A stretch of DNA of 63,874 nt, the filler included, from an uncultured archaeon (lineage in GTDB: Archaea; Iainarchaeota; Iainarchaeia; Iainarchaeales; 1-14-0-10-31-34): assembly GCA_964442255.1 (NCBI GenBank). It is 6 parts of 5 records of this genome, joined end to end, with 100 filler letters (N's around TTAATTAATTAA, not from the genome) between each part and the next. Parts side by side here need not be neighbours in the genome. Positions count along the whole stretch, not along the records: positions 1 to 2,525 come from CAYTYC010000001.1; positions 2,626 to 13,515 come from CAYTYC010000002.1; 4 more parts are not named here. One strand, written 5' to 3'. Positions 1-10,038 of this stretch are shown here, piece by piece. Made by a program: the position numbers and the translations under genes. The stretch's first letter is position 1; each line of letters opens with the position of its first letter. The notes beneath the pieces were generated by a model, which saw only the letters and a program-made list of their open reading frames with translations, was not told the origin of the DNA and did not search any database.

Positions 1-10
1 CAGGATTCTT

Positions 11-370
11 TTGACCCTTGAGCAAAACAAGCTGGACTCCTTCCATATCCAGGCGGTAGGCAACAGGGCTTCGCATTTCAGGAAGGAATACAGGGAGTTT
101 AAGGGACGGGCTGAAAGGGCAAAGACTGCCTCGGAAAAGGCAAGGTGGGCAAGGGCTGCAGAAAGCCGACTTGAGGAATCAAGGAGGGCAATCAGGGTTG
201 TGGAAGTTCTTAATGCAGCGGCTGCGGCTGGAATGAATTCCCGTAACCTTGATGACCCGGGGTTTGTTTTGCGTGATAGGTTTAGGAACACAAAAGACAG
301 CCTCGGCAAGCTAAAGTATGCGGAAGTAGTCGGCTCCAAAGCCGGCAGGGAGAAATTAACCAAAAAATAG
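11..370 (+). CDS. hypothetical basic protein (probably 5'-partial)
   Basis: Open frame at the window edge; Arg/Lys/Ala-rich, no recognisable motif. Confidence 0.5.
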   Translation: MTLEQNKLDSFHIQAVGNRASHFRKEYREFKGRAERAKTASEKARWARAAESRLEESRRAIRVVEVLNAAAAAGMNSRNLDDPGFVLRDRFRNTKDSLGKLKYAEVVGSKAGREKLTKK

Positions 371-418
371 CTGGAAGAAAAACGCAACCCTTAAATTCTC
401 CTTAACCATAATTTTTTC

Positions 419-1150
419 ATGCCAAGAAAAAAGCACCAGCACAGCCCGGGCAGAAGGCTTGCTTTAAGGGGTTTGGGTGCAGCAGGAATCGGAGGCATTT
501 TTTTGCCGGGAAAGGTTTTGGCTGCAGCGGAAAGGCTTCCGGTTGGAAAGGGAATAATTTACGGCAAAATGCCGAAGAAGTTCAGGTGGAAGCCGGGAAC
601 TTTTTTTCTTCACAACTGGCCAAACCCAAGGCTTTTCAGGAGAGACTTGAATAGCGCAAAAAAGGAAACAGCCGTAAAAGCCTTGGAAACGCTTTACCCT
701 GATGTGGAAAATATGCAGGAAACTTAACTTTTCCTGATGCAAATAAAGGAAAGGGCGAACGCCAACCTCAAGCGGGAAGGCTTTGAACCAAAACTTTTAA
801 CCAAAGACCTGTTGTATGTAATGCATTCCGTTCCGCCCTCAAGAGGCTTTATCAAAATCCTTTCAGAGAACGTTTTTGAAAGGCTTTTCACCAAAGAGCA
901 CAACACAGAAAACGCCCTGCAAAATGAGGCTGACTGGATACGGAAAACAGTCATTGAAACGGTTTTGCATGGGAAAGAACATTTATGCGGACTGAAATTT
1001 CCGCTTGGAAATTGCTTGCAAAAAACACGGACGCATTCGGTGTTTTGGACTGGATGCGGCAGAACCTTTCATGAAGCATTTTTTCGCTTATCGCCGAGAA
1101 AAGCCGTGAAAAGGGTTTTAAATATTTCCGTTGTGGGAATACATATTTAA
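419..1150 (+). pseudogene. probable decayed exported protein (Tat-like leader, zincin-like remnant)
   Basis: ORFs 419-727 and 737-1150 are in the same frame and separated by one TAA (725-727); N-terminus GRRLALRGLGAAG; VLHGKEH resembles HExxH. Confidence 0.35.
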
Positions 1151-1193
1151 GGGATTAAAGCCTTTTTTTTCCTTTAAAAACGGTGAGACTAGG

Positions 1194-1523
1194 TTGAATT
1201 CGGAAACTGATACACTTGAAAAAATCAAGGAATTAGAGCTGAAAGCAGAGAAAGCGCTTCAGCAGGCGGAAGAAAAGAAAAAACAAATTGTTGCGGACGC
1301 CCGCAAAAAGGCCGCCGAAATAATTGAAGCCCGGGAGAAAAAAAACGCCCATCAAAGGGAAAAAGCGCTTAAAAAGGCGGGAAAAGAGCTTGAAGAAGAA
1401 AAAAACAAAAAATTGAAGTCCGCCCGGCAAAGCGTTTTCAGGCTCAAAGCAAAAGCCAGACCCAAACTGGCGAAAGAAGCCGACTATTTGGTGAAAAAGT
1501 TCACGCAAGAGGCAGCAAAATGA
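1194..1523 (+). CDS. atpH: A/V-type ATP synthase subunit H (peripheral stalk, G-like)
   Basis: LEKIKELELKAEKAL coiled coil; GGTGAG RBS before TTG at 1194; overlaps the start of subunit I. Confidence 0.8.
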   Translation: MNSETDTLEKIKELELKAEKALQQAEEKKKQIVADARKKAAEIIEAREKKNAHQREKALKKAGKELEEEKNKKLKSARQSVFRLKAKARPKLAKEADYLVKKFTQEAAK

Positions 1524-2525
1524 TTACCCCCACGCAAATGAAAAAAATCCGGATAAGCGGGGCAAAAAGCCGGATGAAGGAAACCGTGGAAAGCCTGCAT
1601 GAACTCGGGTTAGTGCATTTAACTGAATTCGGGGGCGCAGAAGTCTTTAAAATCGGAGAACCCTTCCCTGAAGCAACGGAGCTGTCCGAGCAATTGCTCA
1701 AATTAAGGGGAATGATTTCCCATTTTGGCCTCAAAGGAAAAGGAAAGAAAGTCAGGGATTACGCGAAAGCAAAAAAACAGCTGGAGGAACTGCACGCACA
1801 GTTTTCTTCGCTCACAAAAGAAATCTTCTGCCTGAAAGAAAAAATTTCCGCTTTGGAAGAGGAAACAAAAACCCTTGAGCCTTTGGAGGCCCTGCACCTT
1901 AAGCCCTCAATCCTTTCCGGCTACTCGAGCCTAAGCGTTTTCCGGGGAACAATAAAAAAAGAAGTCCGCCCGGAACTGGAAAAAAAAGTGAAAGACTTTG
2001 AATTGATTGAAAAACCGTTCAACAAATCCAGGGCAATCGCCTTGTTTGTTTCCAAAGAAAAACAGGAAACGGCGCAAGGCATCCTTGCCGCAAACGGATT
2101 CAAAGAGTTAACTCCTTCAACGGAAAAATCTTTTGAACAGGCGAAAAGGGAGCTGAAAAGCCTGCGCGATTCTTTGGCTTCAAAGGAAAGGCGGCTTGAA
2201 AGGCTGAAAAACTCCAACCCAAAGTTTATCCTTGATTTTGAGCACACCTTAAGCCGGGAAATTGAAAAAGCCGAGGTTCCCCTGAAGTTTGCCACAACCG
2301 CAAACTCTTTTGTGGTGAGCGGATGGATTCCGGCAAAAAAACTGGACTCGCTGAACAAGTCTCTCGCAAAAAAAACAGGGGAAAAGGTTTTGCTGGAAAA
2401 GTTTGACGACACAACCGGCGCGCCAATCAAGCTGGACAACCCCGATGGAGTGAAAAACTTTGAATTCTATATGGGCCTTTACTCTTACCCGAAATACAGG
2501 GAAATCGACCCAAGCTTTTTGATGT
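1520..2525 (+). CDS. atpI: A/V-type ATP synthase subunit I (3'-truncated by linker)
   Basis: M.KIRI...LHELGLVHL N-terminus; GWIP; PIKLDNP; YSYPKYREIDPS. Confidence 0.93.
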
Positions 2526-2625
2526 NNNNNNNNNNNNNNNNNNNNNNNNNNNNNNNNNNNNNNNNNNNNTTAATTAATTAANNNNNNNNNNNNNNNNNNN
2601 NNNNNNNNNNNNNNNNNNNNNNNNN
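2526..2625. other. artificial contig linker
   Basis: N44-TTAATTAATTAA-N44 (stops in all frames). Confidence 0.98.
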
Positions 2626-2627
2626 CC

Positions 2628-3065
2628 CGGGGGAAAATAATCACACACCAGTGGAGAAAAATATCTGACTCGGTTTTCCTGCTGGCGCTTTTGTCTTTCT
2701 TTGCCCTGGCTTTTGACTCCTTTTTGCTTCCAGGGCAGACCTTTGACGAAATATTTTCTTTAATTGCAGTCCCTGCAGCAATTTTCCTTGCATTCATCCC
2801 CCCAGGGCATTTTTTCACAATCTTGTTCCTAAAGGAAAAAAATTATTCGCTTAAGTCCCTTGCCTTGGCTTTTGCGCTTTCTTTGGCGGCTTTTTTCTTT
2901 TCTTATCTTGTGGCACTTATTTCAGGTTTTCTTTTTGATTTTGCCTTCAGTTTTTTCACAGTTTTTTCCTTTTCATTTGCCTTTACTTTTATCCTTTATT
3001 CAGCTTTCGTTTTAAAGGAAAGGCTGATTCCATTCTTTTCTTACCTGAACAGGGAGGGGGCATGA
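2628..3065 (+). CDS. membrane protein, DUF1616-like N-terminal half (5'-partial)
   Basis: Hydrophobic; FIPPG...LALAFALSLA pattern; frame open to the contig edge. Confidence 0.55.
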   Translation, partial: RGKIITHQWRKISDSVFLLALLSFFALAFDSFLLPGQTFDEIFSLIAVPAAIFLAFIPPGHFFTILFLKEKNYSLKSLALAFALSLAAFFFSYLVALISGFLFDFAFSFFTVFSFSFAFTFILYSAFVLKERLIPFFSYLNREGA

Positions 3066-3066
3066 G

Positions 3067-3498
3067 ATGCTGTCAAATGAGTCAATGATTAAGGCTCTTT
3101 CCATTCTATTGGTTTTTGGGTTGCTTTACTCAGTCGCCCTGGTTTTTCTTCCAAAACCGCAAGCCTATTTCACCTTTTTATATCTTAAGCCCGGCTCATA
3201 CCAAAATTCAGTCTCCCAAACAATGGAGGCCTCCTTTGTTTACGGAATAGAAAACCACGAAGAAAAAGACTTCACTTACTTGGTTGAAATTTTCCTGGAT
3301 GAAGGAGTTTTAGGAAAAAAAAAGCTGAAAGAGTACGGTATTTTTGTTGAAAAAAGCGCCAGGAAAGAGATAGGGGAGAAAATTTTTTTGGGGGAAAGGG
3401 TGAAGAGTGACTCCAGGATTGAAATTGTGTTGCACGCCCCAACGGAAACCCAAACGGTCCATTACTGGATTAAGTCCCTGGAAAAGGAGCCAATTTAA
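3067..3498 (+). CDS. DUF1616-like protein, C-terminal extracellular half
   Basis: TM followed by FTFLYL...GIENHE...Y. Confidence 0.6.
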   Translation: MLSNESMIKALSILLVFGLLYSVALVFLPKPQAYFTFLYLKPGSYQNSVSQTMEASFVYGIENHEEKDFTYLVEIFLDEGVLGKKKLKEYGIFVEKSARKEIGEKIFLGERVKSDSRIEIVLHAPTETQTVHYWIKSLEKEPI

Positions 3499-3523
3499 AA
3501 ATTTTGCAGGGGGATAAAGGCTT

Positions 3524-4015
3524 ATGGACGTTCTTTTTCATCTTTTAATTCCCTTTCTTTTGCTTGCCTTCTTTAAGGTGAAGCACAGGTTTCTTCCGGC
3601 CCTCCTCATTCTTGCGGTTGTCCCTGACATGGAAAAATTTCTTGGCGGAGACAGGTTTTTGTTCCACAATTTTTTGTTTTTTGCCTTGGTTGTCAGCCTT
3701 GTCTTTGTTTTCTTTTTCAGGTCCCCTGAAAGAAACAAATTGACGGGCCTTTCGGCTTTCCTTTTGGGGTCCCACTTTGTGCTGGATTTGGGGGGGCCAA
3801 TGGCTTTCCTTTACCCCTTTGATTCCGCTTACTATTGGCTGAAAGCCTCCCTAACACTGCAAACCGGAACAATGTCCCCTTTTTTTTCCTTCAGCGTCCT
3901 TGCCCTTGACTCCCTGCCTGCTTACGCCAATGAGGCTGTCTCCGTTGTTTCAATTTTTCTTGCGGCAACAATCGCCTTAATGTTTCTGCTGTTCGGGAAA
4001 AAATTCCAAAAATAG
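3524..4015 (+). CDS. membrane-bound metal-dependent hydrolase (YdjM-like)
   Basis: H...PD...HN...SHFVLD motifs within TM segments. Confidence 0.7.
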   Translation: MDVLFHLLIPFLLLAFFKVKHRFLPALLILAVVPDMEKFLGGDRFLFHNFLFFALVVSLVFVFFFRSPERNKLTGLSAFLLGSHFVLDLGGPMAFLYPFDSAYYWLKASLTLQTGTMSPFFSFSVLALDSLPAYANEAVSVVSIFLAATIALMFLLFGKKFQK

Positions 4016-4017
4016 TT

Positions 4018-5040
4018 TTATTTTCCCAACTGTTTTTTCACTGCATCAAAAACTTCTTCCACTTGGATTGAATTGATGCATTCAAATCCGCGGGGGCATT
4101 TTACCGGCGCACCGGTTTCACAGGGAAAGCAGGGGAGCTCCCTCTTTATTATGATGTGTTCTTTCCCCAATGGCCCCCACCGCGCGTTGTTTGAAAAGGC
4201 GTTTATCACGACCAGGGGAGTTCCGACTGCCGCGGAAATGTGCATTGGGCCGGAGTTATTCGTTATGTATAAGTTAAGCCTTTTTGTAAGCGCCGCGAGT
4301 TCCATTGGATTCAGCTCAGTGAAAGCGTAAGCCTGTTCTCCAACCGAGTTTCTAATTCCCTCAACCAGTTCTTTTTCCCCTTGGCTTCCAGTAACCAAAA
4401 CCTTTGCGCCCAGCTCTTCAGCAATCCTTTTCCCTAACTCCGTAAACCTTTCCTTTTTCCACGCCCTCTCGGGAATGTCTCCCCTCACGCCGGGATGCAT
4501 TCCGACAACCAAATCCTTTTTCCTTATCCCGAGCCCTTTCATCAGTTTCGCGACTTCCTTTTCTGCTTCCTTGCTTACCTTAATTTCTGCCTTTCCTTCC
4601 ACTTCTAACCCCAATTCCCTAAGCAAATCAAGCGCCATTTCCGCTTCGTACTTTATTTTTTCGGGAAAATTTATTTTCCTGTTTGCGGCAAGCTTCCTTA
4701 AGCCGATGTTGTAGCCGAGCCTTGTGCGGGCTCCACTGAAGAAAAGCGCCATTGCGCCGAATGAATTCGGCCCAGGCTGAAAATCCACTGCAAAATCAAA
4801 CCCCCGCCCCCGTATTTCCCGCAGGAGCGACATTTTTTTCCGCAAAGAAAAATTCTTGTCATAGACTTTCACTTCATTAACCCACGGGTTTTCCTCCAAA
4901 AGCTTCGTCCACCTTTCCTGAACCAGCACTGAAATGAATGCTTCAGGAAAATTTTTCCTCAAACTTTTAAGTGCAGGGAAGCTTAACACCAAGTCGCCGA
5001 GCCTGTCCAGCCTTACCGCAAGAATTTTTTCAGCGTCCAT
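4018..5040 (-). CDS. glycosyltransferase family 9 (heptosyltransferase-like)
   Basis: RLDRLGDLVL; HPG; NSGPMHISAAVGTP; WGP; C-terminal Cys cluster. Confidence 0.92.
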   Translation of the reverse strand: MDAEKILAVRLDRLGDLVLSFPALKSLRKNFPEAFISVLVQERWTKLLEENPWVNEVKVYDKNFSLRKKMSLLREIRGRGFDFAVDFQPGPNSFGAMALFFSGARTRLGYNIGLRKLAANRKINFPEKIKYEAEMALDLLRELGLEVEGKAEIKVSKEAEKEVAKLMKGLGIRKKDLVVGMHPGVRGDIPERAWKKERFTELGKRIAEELGAKVLVTGSQGEKELVEGIRNSVGEQAYAFTELNPMELAALTKRLNLYITNNSGPMHISAAVGTPLVVINAFSNNARWGPLGKEHIIIKRELPCFPCETGAPVKCPRGFECINSIQVEEVFDAVKKQLGK

Positions 5041-6469
5041 TTCCCCCGCCCAAAAGCCTTTTTTTAATCAACCTTAAGACAAGCCTTGCAGCAAGCCCCG
5101 GCTTTTTCAGTGCCTTCCCCAGACTTTCCACACTGAAAAAAGCGCTTGTCTGCTCCACGTGCTTGAGCATTGACTCCTGCCAGCACTCCCTGTATAGTTT
5201 CATGAATTCCTTGAAGGGAACTTTTTCGTTTATGTAAAAAGAGTTCGCTACATTCTTCGGGTCCATGTCAAATTTTGTCCAGTCAATGTTGTTCAAATCA
5301 ACCAAACCCTTTTTTTCGCATTCCTCCCACAGTTCTGTCCCGGGCAGGGGCGTTGTGATGGAAATGTGCGCCGCCTTTATTCCCGGGTTTTTGATGAACT
5401 CCTTTGTTTCCAGCATCTCCTCCCTTGTTTCTGTGGGTGAGCCTATCATGAACTGCCCGTAAACGCCCATCCCGTATTCGTTTATTTTTTTTATTGCCTC
5501 AATGTTCTGCTGAACAGTTACAGTTCCTTTCTTCAAATAATTAAGTATTCTCTCATTGCCTGACTCAATCCCCAACGCCACATTAACTGCCCCCATTTTC
5601 TTCAACAGCTTCATTACCTCATCGTTAATCAAATTCGACCTTCCGTCCACCAGATACTTTATTTCCCCAAGCAAGCCAAACTCTTTCAGGTAACGCACAA
5701 TCTCCTGCAGCCTTTTTTTGTCTGAAATGAACAGGTCATCCACCACGGCAACAGCCTCTGCCCCGTACTTTTCATATAATTCCCTTATCTCTTCAGCAAC
5801 ATATTTCCCTGAATGATAGCGTATAAACTTCCAGTTCTTGGATGCCTGGCAGTAAACGCACCGATACGGGCATCCCCTTGAGGAAAGCAGGGAAGTGCCC
5901 CTAAGCAGTTCATGCGTGCACAAAATGTCCTGCGGCTTTAAGTAACGCTCCATTTCCAGGAGTTCCCTCGCGGGAAAGGGAATTTTGTCCAAAGGCTGAA
6001 TCAATGCCCTTTCCCCGGTTCTCTTCATCCTTGCCCCTTCCCTGAACGCAATCCCCTTCACTTCATCCAATTCCCGCGGAAAATCTTTTCCTTTTTCCAT
6101 TAACTGCATTAACTCCAGAAAGCTTTCCTCCCCTTCTCCAATCATCGCAATATCAAAGCTTTTGGGGAGGGTTTCAGGTATTGCGCTGATGTGCGGTCCC
6201 CCAAGCAAAACCGGAACATCCATTTTTTCCTTCACTTTTTCCGATGCCCGCACAGTTGAAAGATAATTTGGGGTGGTGCATGTTAAGGCAACCACGTCAG
6301 CCTTTGACTTCAAAACCTTTTCCAGCCCTCTTTTCTCGCCTTCCTGAATTATTTCAATTTCTGTTCCGGAAAAATTCCCGTACCTCTGCAAATAAGCCGC
6401 AAGATACCCTAACCCAAGGTTTGGGTAAATGCTCCTCTCCCACAAACTCGCCAAAACAATTTTAGTCAT
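5030..6469 (-). CDS. B12-binding radical SAM protein
   Basis: NLGLGYLAAYL; GGPH; IGEGE; SRGCPYRCVYC; GIESG; FMIGSPTET; start placed at MTKIV. Confidence 0.92.
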   Translation of the reverse strand: MTKIVLASLWERSIYPNLGLGYLAAYLQRYGNFSGTEIEIIQEGEKRGLEKVLKSKADVVALTCTTPNYLSTVRASEKVKEKMDVPVLLGGPHISAIPETLPKSFDIAMIGEGEESFLELMQLMEKGKDFPRELDEVKGIAFREGARMKRTGERALIQPLDKIPFPARELLEMERYLKPQDILCTHELLRGTSLLSSRGCPYRCVYCQASKNWKFIRYHSGKYVAEEIRELYEKYGAEAVAVVDDLFISDKKRLQEIVRYLKEFGLLGEIKYLVDGRSNLINDEVMKLLKKMGAVNVALGIESGNERILNYLKKGTVTVQQNIEAIKKINEYGMGVYGQFMIGSPTETREEMLETKEFIKNPGIKAAHISITTPLPGTELWEECEKKGLVDLNNIDWTKFDMDPKNVANSFYINEKVPFKEFMKLYRECWQESMLKHVEQTSAFFSVESLGKALKKPGLAARLVLRLIKKRLLGGGNGR

Positions 6470-7464
6470 GCTTTCTTCTCCGCAATCAAAGCCAAACCCA
6501 TTCCAATCAGCCACTGCCCCGGCAAATGAAAAACCTTTTCAAGCAAAATCCTTCCAACCCGGTTCCCCCACAAACCGGAAGCAATTCTTCCAAGCATTAC
6601 CTTGTATCCTTTGCCGCCCTTAACCTTTCCTGTTGCCATCATGTTTTCCACATTCCTTGGAAAAAAAATCCTGTAAGTGAAACCAGCTTCCTTGAGTGCG
6701 GAAGTCCATTCAGGGATGGAGTACTTATGTTCGTTTGCCCCGAGGTCGGCGATCCTGTGCTCAACTCTTTTGCTTTCAAATATTCCCCTAACAGGCTCGT
6801 TCACCAAAACAAGTTTTCCTTTTTTTTTAAGTACGCGTGAAATTTCCTTAAAGCTTTCCCTTAAGTCAGAGCAATGATGCAGGGTTGCGGTGGAAAAAAC
6901 AACATCAAAGCTTTTGTCAGCAAACGGAAGCTTGTTCATGTCCGCTAACATCCTTTCAAAGAACTGTCCGTTCTTCAGGTAAAGGTCCGCACTCTCTAAT
7001 CCAACAAATTTTTCTTTCACAATGTCTATTCCAACAGCGTAACAACCTTTTTTTGCGAAGTCCCTTGTGCTCCAGCACCTTCCCGCACCCAAATCCAGTA
7101 CGGTTTCAGTGCCTTTCAGTTTAAGCTCTTCCATGACCATTTCATAGTTGTCCGCCTGCTCCGCCCACCATTCCCTGTCTTCCCTGTTCTCAGGGCGGGG
7201 AAGCGAAAGCAGGAACTCCTTTAAATCAATTTTTTCCTTTGCCTTCTGCTCTTTCATCCACGCTTTCTGCTCTTTCATTATTTCTTCAGTATGCTCAACA
7301 AGAAAATCCGTTATTCCTTTGTTTACCTTGAATTCCTTTGAGCATTCAAGGCATTTTACCGTGCCTTCCCTGCACTCCAGAGGACTCCTTTTTTTCTCCC
7401 GTACCTTGAATTTCCTGCCCCCGCACTCCGGGCAAACCACGAGCTTGAGCATTTCTTTCCGCAT
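6466..7464 (-). CDS. class I SAM methyltransferase with N-terminal Trm112-like Zn ribbon
   Basis: CPEC...CLEC...GI; LDLGAG; LPFADKSFDVV; LHH. Confidence 0.88.
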   Translation of the reverse strand: MRKEMLKLVVCPECGGRKFKVREKKRSPLECREGTVKCLECSKEFKVNKGITDFLVEHTEEIMKEQKAWMKEQKAKEKIDLKEFLLSLPRPENREDREWWAEQADNYEMVMEELKLKGTETVLDLGAGRCWSTRDFAKKGCYAVGIDIVKEKFVGLESADLYLKNGQFFERMLADMNKLPFADKSFDVVFSTATLHHCSDLRESFKEISRVLKKKGKLVLVNEPVRGIFESKRVEHRIADLGANEHKYSIPEWTSALKEAGFTYRIFFPRNVENMMATGKVKGGKGYKVMLGRIASGLWGNRVGRILLEKVFHLPGQWLIGMGLALIAEKKA

Positions 7465-7539
7465 AAGGAAAAAAAACTCCAAAATCCTTTAATAAAAGAT
7501 TTATCAAAAACGTTCTTCAAAAGTTTCCGGGAAAAAGTT

Positions 7540-8511
7540 TCAATTTCCGAGTGCCTTCAAAAGCTCTTCCTTTCTGACAGAAGAGGTTCCAAGCTTTCCG
7601 ACAACAATTCCCGCGGCGGCGTTCGCAATATGCGCCGAATCACTTAAATCTGCGCCGGCCGCAAGACCCAATCCAAGCACCGCACTCACCGTGTCCCCTG
7701 CCCCGCTGACATCAAACACTTCCTCTGCACGTGAAGCAATCCTTACTGCAGTACTCCCTTTAAACAAAACCATCCCGTCTTTTCCCAGGGTTACAAGCAA
7801 CCCCTTGGGTGAAAGCTTTTCCATGAAAATCTCCGCGGCCTTTTCAAAGTCTTTTTCTCCAATTAACCTGATTCCGGTTTCTTTTTGAAGCTCTTTTTTA
7901 TTCTGCTTTAAAACCGCTGCCCCCCTGAAATCCAGCCCAAAAAAATCCCTTGAATCCGCGGCCACCGGCTTGCCCTGCCTTTCGCTTTCCTGCATCAGTC
8001 CCTTCACGATGTTTTTTGAAACAAAGCCCTTGCCGTAATCGGAAACAATGACCGCATCAATTTCCGGAAGCTTTTCCCGTATGTAGCCTGATGCGGTTTC
8101 CTCCAACGAAGAGCCAATTGAATGCGTTGACTCAAAGTCAATTCTCAAGACCTGCTGGCTTCTCGCAATAACCCTTGTTTTATGGGTTGTAATTCTTTTT
8201 TCTTCCCCCAAAAGGCCTTCAGTGCTTATCCCTTTTTTTGCAATAAGCTCCTTCAGCTTTTTTCCAAGTTCATCTTTTCCAACAGCCCCAAGCAAAAACA
8301 CGTTTCCGCCCAATGCCGAAACATTTTCCGCGGTGTTTGCCGCCCCGCCCAAACGAAACTCTTTCCTGGAGCCGTTAACTACCGGAATTGGGGCTTCAGG
8401 CGAAATCCTTTCCACTTCGCCTTCAATGTATTCATCCAGCATCACGTCCCCAACGACAAGAATTTTTTTTCCCTCAAATCTTTGCACTGTTTCCAAAAGT
8501 TTTTCATTCAT
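7540..8511 (-). CDS. hldA: D-glycero-beta-D-manno-heptose-7-phosphate kinase (RfaE domain I)
   Basis: VGDVMLDEY; RISPEAPIPV; GGAAN; SDYGKG; DVSGAGDTV. Confidence 0.93.
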   Translation of the reverse strand: MNEKLLETVQRFEGKKILVVGDVMLDEYIEGEVERISPEAPIPVVNGSRKEFRLGGAANTAENVSALGGNVFLLGAVGKDELGKKLKELIAKKGISTEGLLGEEKRITTHKTRVIARSQQVLRIDFESTHSIGSSLEETASGYIREKLPEIDAVIVSDYGKGFVSKNIVKGLMQESERQGKPVAADSRDFFGLDFRGAAVLKQNKKELQKETGIRLIGEKDFEKAAEIFMEKLSPKGLLVTLGKDGMVLFKGSTAVRIASRAEEVFDVSGAGDTVSAVLGLGLAAGADLSDSAHIANAAAGIVVGKLGTSSVRKEELLKALGN

Positions 8512-9077
8512 TTTTCCGCCTTTTCGATTGCGCTGCAGATTATGTGAAGAATTGTTTCATGCGCTTCCTGCACCCTCTGCGTCTGCGGGGAAGGCACAAC
8601 AAGGCTTGTTTCCGCAATTCCTTTTGCATTTCCCCCGCTGCCCCCCAAAAGCGCGGCTGTCTTCAGCCCTTTTTCTTTTGCTTTTTCCAGCGCCCTCAAA
8701 ATATTTTTTGATTCCCCGCTTGTTGAAATCGCAAGCAGAAGGTCGCCTTTTTTTCCCGCCGCCTCAACCTGCCTGCTGAACACTTCCCCGAAATCCCTGT
8801 CATTGGAGATTGCGGTCAAAACAGAGGGGTCGGCTGCAAGGGAAACGCATTCAAACGGCCTTCTCTCCTTTTCCAGCTTCCACACGAGCTCTGAAGCAAA
8901 GTGCTGCGCCTGCGCGGCGCTCCCCCCGTTTCCGCACACAAGAATTTTTCCGCCGCCGGAAAACGTTTCAACCGCGGAGGAAATTATTTTTTCAATTCCT
9001 TCAACAAAATCTTCGCCGAGAAGCCTTCTTTTGAGTTCCGCGCTTTCGCTTAACCCCTTTTTTATTTCTTCCCTCAA
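8508..9077 (-). CDS. gmhA: sedoheptulose-7-phosphate isomerase
   Basis: CGNGGSAAQAQH; ND..F..VFSRQV; ISTSG; RVQEAH. Confidence 0.93.
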   Translation of the reverse strand: MREEIKKGLSESAELKRRLLGEDFVEGIEKIISSAVETFSGGGKILVCGNGGSAAQAQHFASELVWKLEKERRPFECVSLAADPSVLTAISNDRDFGEVFSRQVEAAGKKGDLLLAISTSGESKNILRALEKAKEKGLKTAALLGGSGGNAKGIAETSLVVPSPQTQRVQEAHETILHIICSAIEKAEK

Positions 9078-9961
9078 TTCAATCCCTTTTCTTTCATCTG
9101 CCTTTTCACTTCTTTAATTCCTTCTCCCGTGCCCCGCATTCCGATTCCCAAAGAATTTAGCCTGGAAATGCTTAAAGAGCAGTCCTTCGGCCTCTTCGCC
9201 TTCTGCCCCAGTTCCGCGGTTTTCGCCTTCAGAATTTTTTCTTTGTCCAGCCCGAAAACTTCCGCAGCCTTTAACGCAAACCCGTGCCTGCTTTCCGCCC
9301 CGCTTCCCGTGACATGAAACAATCCGTTTTTTTCCCTTTCAACCAGTTCAACCAAGGCATTTGCGGCGTCATCAGTCAAGGTGGGGGACGTAACCTGGTC
9401 ATCAACCGCCCTTATCTCTTTTCCCTGCCCCAATTCTTCCTTAACCCAGTCCAAAAAAGTCTTTTTGCCTTTTCCCGAATTAAAGCCGTAAAGCGTGGAA
9501 GTACGCGCAATTATGTATAAGTTTGGATGCATTCCGGAAACAATTTTCTCCGCATCCAGTTTTGCTTTCCCGTACTCATTCAAAGGATTCGGCGCATCTT
9601 CCTCTTTATAATTCCCTTTTTCCCCGTCAAACACGTAGTCAGTGGAAAGAAACACAAGCCAGCATCCCAGTTCCCTGCACACATTCACCACGTTTTCCGT
9701 GCCTTTCACATTCACTTCCCTGCTTTCAGTTGGATTCTCCTCGCAGTAATCCACGTTCGTGAGCGCGGCAGCCAAAAAAACCGTTTCCGGCGACAGTTTT
9801 TTCACCAATTCATTCGTTTCCTGCGCATTTCTTATGTCCAGCCTTAAGAATTCTCCTCCTTCCAGTGAAGTGCCTTCAGCCTCCCATCCCCGGAACTTGA
9901 GCTCTTTTAAAAGCTTTTTTCCCAAAAGCCCTGCCCCGATAACCAAAGCCTTTTTTTTCAA
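9074..9961 (-). CDS. rfbD: dTDP-4-dehydrorhamnose reductase family
   Basis: GAGLLG; VDYCE; STDYVFDG; YGKAK; DQVTSPT; start placed at TTG 9961 after GGAGG. Confidence 0.88.
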   Translation of the reverse strand: MKKKALVIGAGLLGKKLLKELKFRGWEAEGTSLEGGEFLRLDIRNAQETNELVKKLSPETVFLAAALTNVDYCEENPTESREVNVKGTENVVNVCRELGCWLVFLSTDYVFDGEKGNYKEEDAPNPLNEYGKAKLDAEKIVSGMHPNLYIIARTSTLYGFNSGKGKKTFLDWVKEELGQGKEIRAVDDQVTSPTLTDDAANALVELVEREKNGLFHVTGSGAESRHGFALKAAEVFGLDKEKILKAKTAELGQKAKRPKDCSLSISRLNSLGIGMRGTGEGIKEVKRQMKEKGLN

Positions 9962-10038
9962 TGAAACCCCTCCACAGGGCCTTTTTTTGCTGCCGGAACC
10001 TTCAGCCAACGCATTTTTCCTGCTTCCATTAAACCAAA

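Noticed and set aside
2526..2625. TTAATTAATTAA as a biological repeat (5 copies)
   Set aside because: It is always centred in 100-bp N blocks, so it is an assembly linker.
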